From Escherichia phage vB_EcoM_phAPEC6, in the sequence record MK817115.1: DNA of 64,000 nucleotides, one strand, 5' to 3'. Every line of letters starts with the position of its first letter. Within the stretch, counting starts at the first letter, position 1. The translations under genes and the position numbers were made by a program. The notes below the pieces were generated by a model, which was given only the letters and a program-made list of their open reading frames with translations, did not search any database and had not been told where the DNA came from. Positions 25,299 to 40,500 of this stretch are shown in pieces.

Positions 25299-25327
25299 CA
25301 TAGAAAAAGGACGCGATATGCGTCCTT
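25299..25327 (-). terminator. Hairpin/terminator between uvsY and dexA
   Basis: AAGGACGC / GCGTCCTT 8 bp stem followed on the minus strand by TTTTCTATG. Confidence 0.45.
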
Positions 25328-25335
25328 AATGATAA

Positions 25336-25797
25336 TTATTCTAAACGTGCATCCTCAATACCAGCGGCACGTAGTCTCACAATATTGTTTAACTGAAAAG
25401 CTTTCATCTCTAAGGATTTAACAATACTTGAATATGTATTTCTTATATAAGATACCTCGTTTATAAGTTCTGCTAACTCACAAACATCTTTATCACCTTC
25501 AACATACTTTTTACAGTCAGATGAAGATAGTGCACGGCGGTATCCTTCGAGAAAGTATTTGAACTTCTCGGCTTGTACCTGACGCATTTCAATTTCTAAC
25601 ATTTCCAATACTGCTTCAAGTTCTTGAAGCTGGCTTAGACGCGTCTCATGCCAGCCAGGAATCTCTTGAGCAATTTTTTCAATGATGCCAATCTTCTTTA
25701 CTTCACGACGAGCTTCTTCAACTTCTTTGTTAAAGAACTCAATCATTTCAATAATTTTAGATTTATCATCTTTGATAATCCAATGCCAAGGTTTCAT
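25336..25797 (-). CDS. uvsY: UvsY-like recombination mediator
   Basis: 153 aa; immediately downstream of uvsX; DKDV-containing segment resembles T4 UvsY as recalled. Confidence 0.5.
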   Translation of the reverse strand: MKPWHWIIKDDKSKIIEMIEFFNKEVEEARREVKKIGIIEKIAQEIPGWHETRLSQLQELEAVLEMLEIEMRQVQAEKFKYFLEGYRRALSSSDCKKYVEGDKDVCELAELINEVSYIRNTYSSIVKSLEMKAFQLNNIVRLRAAGIEDARLE

Positions 25798-26915
25798 TAT
25801 TCCTCACTAATATCCACATCAGTACCAAAAGTTTCATCACCTTTTTCTTCTTCTTTAACTTCTTCAATCAAAGGATGATTTTTAAATTGATGCATTACCA
25901 AATCAAGACATGAATCTTCATTACGCATCCACTCTTTGCGATATTTTAGAATCTGTTCGCCAGTTACAATATCAACATACAATAGACGGTTACCTGATTT
26001 AGTGATTAGACCGTATTTTTCAAACATATCTAGTAGACCACTACGTGGGTCCATACCTTTATCCCAAGGAATTTTAATTTCTACATCTTCGAACGGCTTG
26101 TTGTAACGAGTCTTCATGACTTTACATTTAGCACGAATACCATTTACTTCGGAAGTTTTATTTCCGTCTTCATCTTCTTTAAGTTTTAATTTACCCATTG
26201 CGATAACCATAGATGAAGCATAAATCAAGCCACTACCACCTGAAACTTTAGGATCTGGGTTAAACATGTCCTGAGATTCATAACTGTGGTTAACGCAAAC
26301 CATACCAATGTTCAATGAACCAATAGAGTTTACACAGTTTGTGATATATGCTTTAAGCTGTTTGGGTTTATGACCCATGTCACCTTTAAGGTTACCCGCT
26401 TTCATTTGATCATTGGCTACTTCAGTGTTTAGCATACCAATTGAATCAATAATAAACAATACTTTTTGACGTTCATCTTTAGGTGTATTTTCGTATTCTT
26501 TACGATATCCTTCAATGAACTCATAGGTGAATTTTGCAACGTCACCAATCATACCCATATTGACTTTCAAAAGTTTTTCTTCAGAAGTGTCAACACCAAG
26601 TGCTTGAAGCCAATCTGAATCCAATGCGTTCTCTGAGTCAATCATAACAACAAAGATGCCTTGTTTTTGAGCTTCACGTGCAATATTACCAGATACGATA
26701 AAAGATTTACCACTACCTGATTCACCAGCAAACATCGTTACTTTGCCTAGTGGGATACCACGGTCAAAATAGCCACTGATGCGATAATTTAGTGCATAGT
26801 TACCAGTACTAACCCATGTATCTGGATCATGAAAACCAACACTAACACCAGTATTCTTTTTAACACTACCAGTACTGTTTTTAAGAATGTTCGCAAAACC
26901 ACTTGTCATTTTCAT
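25797..26915 (-). CDS. uvsX: UvsX recombinase (RecA family)
   Basis: 372 aa; Walker A GESGSGKS; RecA-like core. Confidence 0.85.
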   Translation of the reverse strand: MKMTSGFANILKNSTGSVKKNTGVSVGFHDPDTWVSTGNYALNYRISGYFDRGIPLGKVTMFAGESGSGKSFIVSGNIAREAQKQGIFVVMIDSENALDSDWLQALGVDTSEEKLLKVNMGMIGDVAKFTYEFIEGYRKEYENTPKDERQKVLFIIDSIGMLNTEVANDQMKAGNLKGDMGHKPKQLKAYITNCVNSIGSLNIGMVCVNHSYESQDMFNPDPKVSGGSGLIYASSMVIAMGKLKLKEDEDGNKTSEVNGIRAKCKVMKTRYNKPFEDVEIKIPWDKGMDPRSGLLDMFEKYGLITKSGNRLLYVDIVTGEQILKYRKEWMRNEDSCLDLVMHQFKNHPLIEEVKEEEKGDETFGTDVDISEE

Positions 26916-26937
26916 AATTCGCTCCTTGAATTTTATG

Positions 26938-26966
26938 AAATAAAACGGGGCAAACTCCGTTGCCCC
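26938..26966 (-). terminator. Intrinsic terminator downstream of gene 32
   Basis: GGGGCAA / TTGCCCC stem followed on the minus strand by GTTTTATTT. Confidence 0.5.
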
Positions 26967-26984
26967 TTAACTTTTCAAAAACTA

Positions 26985-28037
26985 TTACTTACCTTGTTGT
27001 TTCAAACGAGCAACTAGTGCAGATGCAGATAGTTGTTCTTTTGGTGCTTCAGGAGTGGTTGCTGCTGGGGTAGCGACTGGAGTTACTGGAGCAGCTTGTG
27101 GGGCTGGTGTAACTGGAGCAGTAGGTGCTACTGGTGCAGGTGCTGACTCTTGTTGTACTGGAGCAGGAGTTGGTTTTGATTCAGTAACAGTTCCAGAGTT
27201 AGGTTTTGGTACACCTGCTGGACGATATGCAAATGCCCAACGTGCTGGATCATATGCTTCACCATTTACTGATGCTTCGAACATTTCTTCAATTGCTTTC
27301 AACTCTTCTGGAGTTGGTTGTTTTGGCATAAAATCATTTAGATTGTATAGGCCATATTTTTCAATTGCTGCTAGTTCTTCTTCGTTTAGTGGACGCTCAG
27401 ACATGGAGAATTGAGACATGTCGTAGCTATTATAACCACCACCATTCTTAGTTTTAACAATACCAAAATCACGACCTTGAACGTAGTGAGTTGGAGACTC
27501 TTTGATGCCTGGATTTAGCAGGATGGATTTAACTTTATCAAAGATATCTTTGTTAGCCAGAATACGACGAATTGGATTTTCTGGTGCAATGTCGTCTTTT
27601 ACTGCAACGCTATCAGGAGCAATAAAACATTGCATTAGATAGGTTTTCTTCTTCCAGTAACGACCAGCCATTGCTTTTAGTTCTTCGTTCCCTGTTTCAT
27701 TCGCACTTTGGAACCATTGACGTACTTCTTTCAGAACCGGACAGGATTTAGGAACCCACATTTCGTTACAAGGTACTTGAACGGTAACTTTATCAGTGTG
27801 CATACCGACTACACCATTGAAAGTTAGGTTAATCATGTCACGTTCACGCCAGAAGAATGGGTTAGACTCATCTGCATCTGGTAGAAAACGTAGGTTTAGT
27901 GGTTCGTTATAAGGTACGTTCCAGAAAGCTAAGAACGAATCAGCTTTACGCTCGCCAGTAAATGTACCATTCTTTTGAGCTTCTGCTTTTTCTTGTTCTG
28001 CTTTTAGGTGTGCACGAATTTCAGCTAGAGATTTCAT
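26985..28037 (-). CDS. 32: Single-stranded DNA-binding protein (T4 gp32 equivalent)
   Basis: 350 aa; LRFLPDADESNPFFW resembles the gp32 core; C-terminal 60 aa are Pro/Ala/Thr/Val-rich. Confidence 0.8.
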   Translation of the reverse strand: MKSLAEIRAHLKAEQEKAEAQKNGTFTGERKADSFLAFWNVPYNEPLNLRFLPDADESNPFFWRERDMINLTFNGVVGMHTDKVTVQVPCNEMWVPKSCPVLKEVRQWFQSANETGNEELKAMAGRYWKKKTYLMQCFIAPDSVAVKDDIAPENPIRRILANKDIFDKVKSILLNPGIKESPTHYVQGRDFGIVKTKNGGGYNSYDMSQFSMSERPLNEEELAAIEKYGLYNLNDFMPKQPTPEELKAIEEMFEASVNGEAYDPARWAFAYRPAGVPKPNSGTVTESKPTPAPVQQESAPAPVAPTAPVTPAPQAAPVTPVATPAATTPEAPKEQLSASALVARLKQQGK

Positions 28038-28124
28038 ATATATCTTCCTTGATTTTGGGTTTCTTTGTTATTTGTTAATTGGCTTCAATGTTTCAGAAAC
28101 TTCATTGTTCCTTCAACGTTTTAC

Positions 28125-28153
28125 ATTATAGCACAGGTTTTTATACTGTCCCA
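28125..28153 (-). promoter_or_regulatory. Early-type promoter, TGGGAC-N17-TATAAT with GTGC before the -10
   Basis: Read on the minus strand; upstream of gene 32. Confidence 0.5.
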
Positions 28154-28164
28154 TATTTTTTTAA

Positions 28165-33422
<5,258 letters not shown>

Positions 33423-33431
33423 TCATTGATA

Positions 33432-33460
33432 ATTATAGCACATCTTGAATCACTTTCCCA
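33432..33460 (-). promoter_or_regulatory. Early-type promoter, TGGGAA-N17-TATAAT with GTGC before the -10
   Basis: Read on the minus strand; upstream of rnh. Confidence 0.5.
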
Positions 33461-33583
33461 GATTTGATAAATAATATCATAGAAATTCATTAAATATCTC
33501 AGTAAATTTAAATGCTAGTGATATTTTTTGATAAATAACTTTAAGCAGGATATACCTGCACAAAATTTGACAAGGAGATTTTC

Positions 33584-34183
33584 ATGAGTCTTAATTCTTT
33601 TAACCGTAACTATGGTATGTCTAGCGTTGCTCGCGAATGGTGGGGTGGTAATAACGGTTTCGTTACCATCGTAATCGATCTACCAACTGATGTTGAACTA
33701 GGTACTACCAAAGTTACTTCTGACGGTTCTGATGTTCAAGCTGAAGCGTATCAAACTGCTCTAAGTAATGCTCAATATAACCTATTCATGGTTACCCAAC
33801 TACTACAACAACGTGCAGTTCTAGTTACTACCTCTCTACTAGCTCTTGATTCAGAAGTTGTTATTCCTGCTGATTTCAAAAATGCTAATCCAAACGTAGT
33901 TGCGTTCGGCACTAGTGGTGCTGATGTAGCAGGTGGTGCTAATTCTGTTGCATTGACTTTCATCTGTGAACGTCAAGACGTATTTAACAAGCAAGAAGTT
34001 CGTCCTGGTTCAGCATGTCCTGCTCCAGTTGATCCAACTGTTGACCTAGCTAAGTCTATCGCTCAAGCTAAAGTTTTCCGTACCAAAACTTTCGTAAGTC
34101 AAGGTACTGATGGTGTTGGTGATGCAGGTGCATCTACTGCTGTAGCAATTAAAGTACGTGCTGCTCTTCCTGTTCAACTATAA
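33584..34183 (+). CDS. Hypothetical protein, plus-strand paralog A (Ala/Gly/Val/Thr-rich)
   Basis: 199 aa; GATAAATA late-like box upstream; shares QQRAV ... FNK segments with the next gene. Confidence 0.45.
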   Translation: MSLNSFNRNYGMSSVAREWWGGNNGFVTIVIDLPTDVELGTTKVTSDGSDVQAEAYQTALSNAQYNLFMVTQLLQQRAVLVTTSLLALDSEVVIPADFKNANPNVVAFGTSGADVAGGANSVALTFICERQDVFNKQEVRPGSACPAPVDPTVDLAKSIAQAKVFRTKTFVSQGTDGVGDAGASTAVAIKVRAALPVQL

Positions 34184-34197
34184 TAGGAGGATAGATT

Positions 34198-34887
34198 ATG
34201 TCATATACTAATACTTCTTTTGAACGTATCAATGGTTATTCCTTTGAACGTATTCTAGGTTACTTTTGTGGCACTAACGCCCTAGCATCCATTGCTATCA
34301 GTAAGCTAGGAGACGTAAACGTTCTAGTTACTGGTGCAGTTTCTTCTTATGCTGGTCTACAACGTTTTCTAAACACTGATATTCCAGAAGAAATTCTAGC
34401 ATATCTAAATGATAAAGGTATCAAACGTATTGATGGAACTGCATTTGTTCTTGGCACACTAGAAGCTGATTACAATGCATCTTATGCAGCACAAACTAAC
34501 GTTAAACGTATTGTCGATGTTGTTCAACAACGTGCGGTTATCATCGCTACCTCTAACATCGCAGGTAATGGTCTTGAAGTATTTCCAGTTACTGGTTTCA
34601 CCAACGCACCTGATGGTGTATTGAGTGCAGGTTCAGTTAGTATTGCTGATGCTTCTGTTGTTACCTTCCTAGTTGAACGTGCGGGTGTCTTTAACAAAGA
34701 TCTTAAATCACCACAAGGTGTACCAAGTACTGAATCCGAAGAAGGCCGTCTACTAATTGATGATCTAACTGGTGTTCCACTACTTGCTAAAGATGGTGTT
34801 ACCGAAGTTTACCTACGTTCCCAATCTGCTGATGCAGCAGGTGATTTCGGTGTTAAACTTTTCCAATACATCCCAGCATTGGTTTAA
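34198..34887 (+). CDS. Hypothetical protein, plus-strand paralog B
   Basis: 229 aa; AGGAGG SD; paralogous to 33584-34183; followed by a strong terminator. Confidence 0.45.
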   Translation: MSYTNTSFERINGYSFERILGYFCGTNALASIAISKLGDVNVLVTGAVSSYAGLQRFLNTDIPEEILAYLNDKGIKRIDGTAFVLGTLEADYNASYAAQTNVKRIVDVVQQRAVIIATSNIAGNGLEVFPVTGFTNAPDGVLSAGSVSIADASVVTFLVERAGVFNKDLKSPQGVPSTESEEGRLLIDDLTGVPLLAKDGVTEVYLRSQSADAAGDFGVKLFQYIPALV

Positions 34888-34904
34888 TATTTTTCAAAAG
34901 AAAA

Positions 34905-34929
34905 GGAGAGCATTTGCTCTCCTTTTTTT
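34905..34929 (+). terminator. Intrinsic terminator ending the plus-strand paralog pair
   Basis: GGAGAGCA / TGCTCTCC 8 bp stem followed by TTTTTTT. Confidence 0.65.
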
Positions 34930-34934
34930 ATATG

Positions 34935-35672
34935 TTATCTATATGAACGAAATCCTTCAGGCAAACCAGGTAGCTTGTCTAATCCTTCGTTCGCACTCAC
35001 CAGCTTTGTGTCGTAATCATCACTGAAATCATCCGTAGCAAGTTTACGCCCCAAGTCTCTCACAAAGTTATCGATAATTTCTTCTTCATCATTTCCTGGA
35101 TGACCTTCAGCTTTCAACTTTTTCCAGAAATATTCATTATAGTCAAATACAAACTCAACTTCATTAGTTTCAGGATCAAGAACAACATCCAAATCAATCC
35201 AAGGTTCTTTACGAAGTGTGTATATTTCCTTAGAATATTCACTTTGTGTGATTTCATCGTAACGATATGCAAATTCAATAGCCTTAAGCCTTTTTTCATC
35301 ACCTTCTGGCATTAACTCAATGATTTCCATATCATATTCTTTTTCTGTAATAACTCCAATACTTAGTTTTGCATCAAGAACTTTAACATCATACTGTTCA
35401 CGAGTAATTTTAGAATATTTTAGTTCAACATCAAGTGCAGCAATTAGATATTCCAAATCTCCAATTACGCTATATTTCTTTTTAATATCCAATTGGGCCA
35501 CTTCAACTTCATATGGAGTTAGATATGTCAATTCAGCAACTTTCATATCAGCTTCATAATCATCATTGTAGTAGTATGCTTTAGCTATCTCTTTTGCCTT
35601 TCCAGAAAGTCCCCAGTGAGCAGGGACCATCCAAAATGGAATAAATTTCTTTTTAGCCATTTTTCTTACCAA
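34935..35672 (-). CDS. Hypothetical protein
   Basis: 245 aa ORF. Confidence 0.45.
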   Translation of the reverse strand: MVRKMAKKKFIPFWMVPAHWGLSGKAKEIAKAYYYNDDYEADMKVAELTYLTPYEVEVAQLDIKKKYSVIGDLEYLIAALDVELKYSKITREQYDVKVLDAKLSIGVITEKEYDMEIIELMPEGDEKRLKAIEFAYRYDEITQSEYSKEIYTLRKEPWIDLDVVLDPETNEVEFVFDYNEYFWKKLKAEGHPGNDEEEIIDNFVRDLGRKLATDDFSDDYDTKLVSANEGLDKLPGLPEGFRSYR

Positions 35673-35952
35673 AAATCTCTTCGATTTTCATTACATAATA
35701 TGTATCTTCACCGCCACCAAGATCTTCAGTCAGTGGTGTGTTCAAAGATGAACGACCAAACACAACCATATCACCTTCTTTAATATTATGTTCTGCAAGT
35801 TGTCCGTTCGGAAGAATTTTACCTGGACCAACGGAAATTACCATCCCAATACATGGTGGTTCAACATTACCTAGAATAATACCACCAGTACTTTTATTCT
35901 GTGCTTCAATTTGTCGAACAAGAACGTAATCATTAATCATTTTAATTTTCAT
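35653..35952 (-). CDS. GroES-like co-chaperonin (Cpn10)
   Basis: MKIKMINDYVLVRQIEAQNKSTGGIIL ... GMVISVGPGKILPNGQL ... IKEGDMVVF aligns along the length of bacterial GroES; start at ATG 35952 with GGAGG SD. Confidence 0.7.
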   Translation of the reverse strand: MKIKMINDYVLVRQIEAQNKSTGGIILGNVEPPCIGMVISVGPGKILPNGQLAEHNIKEGDMVVFGRSSLNTPLTEDLGGGEDTYYVMKIEEIFGKKNG

Positions 35953-35953
35953 A

Positions 35954-36160
35954 TCAGTAACCTCCAGTATTTGCAAACCATTTTCCACGGAAATAAAGAT
36001 TAGCACCCTTATCACCTGGAGTGAACACTTCCAACTTCATAGTTTTTTCACCATTACATTTAGGACAATCATGAGGTTCATCACGATTTGCAATTTTAAC
36101 AATTTTTTCCATGCTATGTTTGCATTCTTCTTTTTCACAACGATATGTATATAATGGCAT
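35954..36160 (-). CDS. Zinc-ribbon protein (FmdB-like)
   Basis: 68 aa; MPLYTYRCEKEEC ... CPKCNG. Confidence 0.5.
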   Translation of the reverse strand: MPLYTYRCEKEECKHSMEKIVKIANRDEPHDCPKCNGEKTMKLEVFTPGDKGANLYFRGKWFANTGGY

Positions 36161-36224
36161 TTTGTATTCCTTTACTTTTTAAATCAAACTAATTTGGGGA
36201 ACATAGTGTTCCCCGTTATTTATA

Positions 36225-36956
36225 TTAGCAGCCTGTTACGTAAAATTTGTATACTGCAATTCCAGTATCTAGTGTTACATTTAGCATACCAGTTTTAGTA
36301 ATACCAAGTGATACTGATTCGGCATTAGATACGCGAGATAATGCTTGAAGTACGCGATCAATATTATAACCAAAACCAAGACCTAATTCACCTTCAGTTT
36401 TAGAAAAAGCTAGAGAACCAACGTGGTTACTTTTGTTTTTCTCACCAACGTGAAAGTATAGGGTGTCGCCTTCAGTATACGGAGTTACAAGAGAACTAAA
36501 AGATTTAAATACACCAGAAAAACTCTTTAGTTCCTGAACTTTTGCTGCACTAGGAATAACCTGTACGTCATATGGTTGTTCATGAAAACGTGGTTGAACT
36601 GGAATAAGTTTTTCAGCTTGTACCATAAATGTAGTGCTTGCATCTTCAGATTTAAATGCCAGACTTTTAACTGAACCATCTTTAACATTTGATGTGATTG
36701 TGGTTCCTTCGGTACTGTATGTTTTTAGAGACATTAGACCCTGAAGAAGACCTAGATTACCTAAGCCAAAACGACCCTGAACTTCAGGAACATCTTCTTT
36801 AGTATATGCTCGCATTACAAGAGTTCGGTCATCTGTGTACGCTTCTAGATATACACGTTGTCCTTCACCACGGTCTTCACTGCTTACTGCAATACAAGAG
36901 AAGTCAATACCACTGGTTGTGTTTACGAGGTCACGTAGTACGTTGCGTAGATCCAT
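36225..36956 (-). CDS. Sliding-clamp-like protein (possible gp45 equivalent)
   Basis: 243 aa; N-terminal LVNTTSGIDF and GNLGLLQGLMSL resemble T4 gp45 as recalled; has its own early-type promoter. Confidence 0.4.
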   Translation of the reverse strand: MDLRNVLRDLVNTTSGIDFSCIAVSSEDRGEGQRVYLEAYTDDRTLVMRAYTKEDVPEVQGRFGLGNLGLLQGLMSLKTYSTEGTTITSNVKDGSVKSLAFKSEDASTTFMVQAEKLIPVQPRFHEQPYDVQVIPSAAKVQELKSFSGVFKSFSSLVTPYTEGDTLYFHVGEKNKSNHVGSLAFSKTEGELGLGFGYNIDRVLQALSRVSNAESVSLGITKTGMLNVTLDTGIAVYKFYVTGC

Positions 36957-37020
36957 TATATAATTCTCCGTTTTATTTGTTAATCAAAAAATGTTTTTAT
37001 GTAAGATTACTACAAGCACC

Positions 37021-37049
37021 ATTATATCTCAAAAATGATGCTTGTCTCA
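37021..37049 (-). promoter_or_regulatory. Early-type promoter, TGAGAC-N17-TATAAT
   Basis: Read on the minus strand; upstream of the sliding-clamp-like gene. Confidence 0.45.
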
Positions 37050-37057
37050 ATTTTTTA

Positions 37058-37357
37058 TCAGTATTTTGTATTCCAACGTTGAAGATAAGGCTTATCAATT
37101 GTAGAACTCATGCCAATTTTATCTCGTAATTTTTTCAAGTCTTTTAATGTATGTACATCATCGACAAAAACAACTTTACGCTTTTTCACAAGAGTGTAAA
37201 CATCAGCAATCTCTCCGTCAACTTCCACTGAACCAGTGCGAGTAAAACCCGCACCAATTAGAACTACTTCTTCATCATTATCATATGCTAGTACAGAATT
37301 AATGATACCATTACCTTCTAATACTTCACCAATACGCTTATATATATTACTCATCAT
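37058..37357 (-). CDS. Hypothetical protein
   Basis: 99 aa ORF. Confidence 0.4.
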   Translation of the reverse strand: MMSNIYKRIGEVLEGNGIINSVLAYDNDEEVVLIGAGFTRTGSVEVDGEIADVYTLVKKRKVVFVDDVHTLKDLKKLRDKIGMSSTIDKPYLQRWNTKY

Positions 37358-37496
37358 TTTTACCTTGTAATGAAGTCCATTCTACATATTTTTCCCATGC
37401 CTCATTTACACTTTCTTCAGTAAGATTCAACATCTCATTAGTGAAAGTATCGTTTACTTCGTCATAGTTTAGTTCAATTTCATTTACAATAACCAT
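37346..37496 (-). CDS. Hypothetical small protein (49 aa, below the ORF-track cut-off)
   Basis: ATG at 37496 preceded by AAGGAG SD; stop overlaps the start of the next gene (ATGATGAGTAA). Confidence 0.3.
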
Positions 37497-37507
37497 ATTA
37501 TTACTCC

Positions 37508-40500
37508 TTACCAAGTGAAGAATCCATTGTTTACTGACGCAGTACTTTTTTCATGAATACCAATATCCATATCCAAAATACCAAAAATATTCTCTAATTT
37601 TTTAGTTAGAACAATCTCTTCCATTTTTTCAGTATCAAATGGTAGTTCCAAGAACCATTCTGGAAGATACTCAACACAGTCAATTGGATAACCAACAGCT
37701 TTAATTCCCATAGGATTATCTTTTAAGTTACAGACAATTACTTTTGTTCCATCCGTTACTTCTGGTACAGATTTATCATCATAAACTTCACGTAGACGGT
37801 TCCATTGGATACCAGCAAGAACGTGACCAACTTTACACTTACCAGTTAGCTGATATTCAGCCTCTAAATTAGTGTAGTTTTTTACAGTTTTTGGTGAACC
37901 TTTTTCATGTACAGGCATATCCTTAAATACGTCCTTAAACTCACGTACACGCTGTTTTAGCTGTTGTTCACTCTCACCTACCAGTAATGCGATTAGAGTC
38001 TCTTCTAGGAAGTTCTGGATGTATTTTGGCGTGTCTGAGCGTTTAATTTCAAGACCCATCGCTTTGATTTCACCTGGTTTACCATCAATATCTTTACGGA
38101 ACCCATCTTCCCAGTACTTCAGAATTGCATAACGTTTTTTCTTCAAGAATAGGCCACGCGAACCAACCATCTCAAGGTCTGCACCAACAATCTTACCTTT
38201 TTCAATACCAGTGTTGAACATCTCATGCATAAATGATGGGAAAGATTCACCAACTTCTTCACCAATTTTAATATACATATCAACAATCTCTTCTTTAGAT
38301 AGATTATATGGAATACCTTGTTCTTTCAGATAATGAGTTACACTAAAGTAAACTGAGTCAGTATCACCATAAATTACTGAACCACCTTGGTGGTTATATA
38401 CACCAGTAGTAATTTCATTGATACGACTTGCCATATGTTTGGTCATAGAACGTCCAGTTAATGTTACGGATTGACCTAAACGTTTGTCAAAAAAACGAGA
38501 ACCTTTGTTCAATAGTGCACCATATAGACTGTTTAGAAGAATCTTACGAATCTGTTGGTTCTGTTTCCAGAAAGCACTACGTTGTTTGAAGTAATCTTTT
38601 TCTTCTTTAGGACAGAAAATACGACCATCTTTTAGTACTAATCCGTTTTCTACAATCAACTTAGCAACTTCATCCCACTGTCCTTTACCAATTTCTTTAC
38701 GAAGTAAGTATACAGGATCATTATCATGAATATTAGTTCTAAACATTGTACCAGGGGTATAGTTTGATAGTAGTGGTTCAACTTTTTCATAGCCATTAAA
38801 CTCCCAACCATCAGTATACATATGTTTGTAGTCAATGACCATTTTTTGCTGTGCTTTACGTTCAGAATACCATTGAGTTAGAATGTCAGGAATTACACCA
38901 GACTTAGACTTATCAAAAAGTGTTCCGTTTGCACTAAGTACAATAGTACTATCTTCTGCAAAAATAATATCATATAGCTCTTTGCCCGTTGCTTTAAAAG
39001 AACTCCCATCTTCTAAATCAACAATCAATGTTTCTTCTGACTTTTCATGAACCATTGTAAATTCAACAGCAGCAAATAAACCATGCCATGCCGCAGTCCA
39101 ATCTGGTTCAAATGATTTAGATTTAGATTTGTTCTTCTGTTCTTGGATTTTAGCTGCAAGATACGCATCGGTGTAATCTTGACGTAATTGACCAAGAATA
39201 CATTCAGTACTCATACCCAAAGTACGTAGAACAGTAGGGTAAAGAGAGTTAAAGTCAGTACACCCAAGGTCACTTACAAGTCCTAGTACTGGATCTTGTA
39301 CCCATGCACCTGCTGCTTTTGCACTAATTTTCTCATCTTCATCTTCACCATCTTCACCATAATATTCCATTTCTGGATCAAACTCAAGATCATCTTTCGG
39401 TGCTTTGTTGAAAACAACTTCACCACGAGTATGTGCTAAGTTGATAATAGCAGTGTCGATTAGTGCTACTGAACCCATTGTTGTACTGATAAGTACACAT
39501 TCTTTGTGTGCAAGTCGATTGTGTAGGTTGATATAGTCACATTTAGCATCAATCTTTTTAAGAAGAATACTATCCTGTTTAGAATAACGCAAGAAAGTAA
39601 TGTAATCCTCTCTGTAAAGTTTATCCAATGAACCTTCATAGGATACTTTATTTTCTTTAGTTACTTTTTCAGCAATATAATCTAGTTTATAAGATTGTTC
39701 AACTTGACCAGCATGTTTCTTATACAAAGCCAAATAATCAAGATGGACGCGACCTACCAGATCATATGTTTGAACAGTTTTACCAAAGTTGTCTGCTTCA
39801 CGTGAATTTGGTTTTTTATTCCATAAACACCAACGAGCAGTTGTTGCTTCATTGAAGATTTTTTTAGTTCGATTGATCATATATGGAATATCAAAGAATT
39901 CACTATTCCATCCTGAAATAACATCAGAATCATCAATTAAACTAAAGAATTCCATAAACATTTCCTTTTCGTCTGTATATAAAATTACAGTACTGTTAGG
40001 ATCGTTTGTTTCTTCATTTAGTTGGCGAACAATATCTTGTGCTTCATAAATTTCCATATCAGCAGGTGGTAAAGTAAGTACATAATCCTTTCCAGTCCAT
40101 GATTGATATAGAGAAATAGCGGTTACTCGGTTAAACGGGTCTGATGGTGGAGCATAACCAAATTTCTTATGGAAATCAGTCTCGATATCGAAGAACACGA
40201 TGTTCAAATCGGGTGAACCTTTTCCCATATATTCTTTAGCTAATGTTTTAAATGTAATGTTACAGTCACTTTCAAAAATACGTAGACCTTCACTTTTGTG
40301 TTGCTCTACACTTTTATTCATTTGAGCTTGAGTTTGAAACTCAAAATGTTTAGCCATTGTACCATAAACAGTTTTATGTGTTCCTTGTGGGGATTCAACA
40401 TAATATTCATATACTGGATCTAATTCGCGTAGAATACGTTTACCATTCTTACGTTCAACTACATGAAGAATATCACCAGTACGTTTACGTTCCATATAAG

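Noticed and set aside
27055-27414. 119 aa Ala/Gly-rich plus-strand ORF
   Set aside because: Antisense to the Pro/Ala/Thr-rich tail of gene 32; an artefact of the repetitive GC-rich codons.
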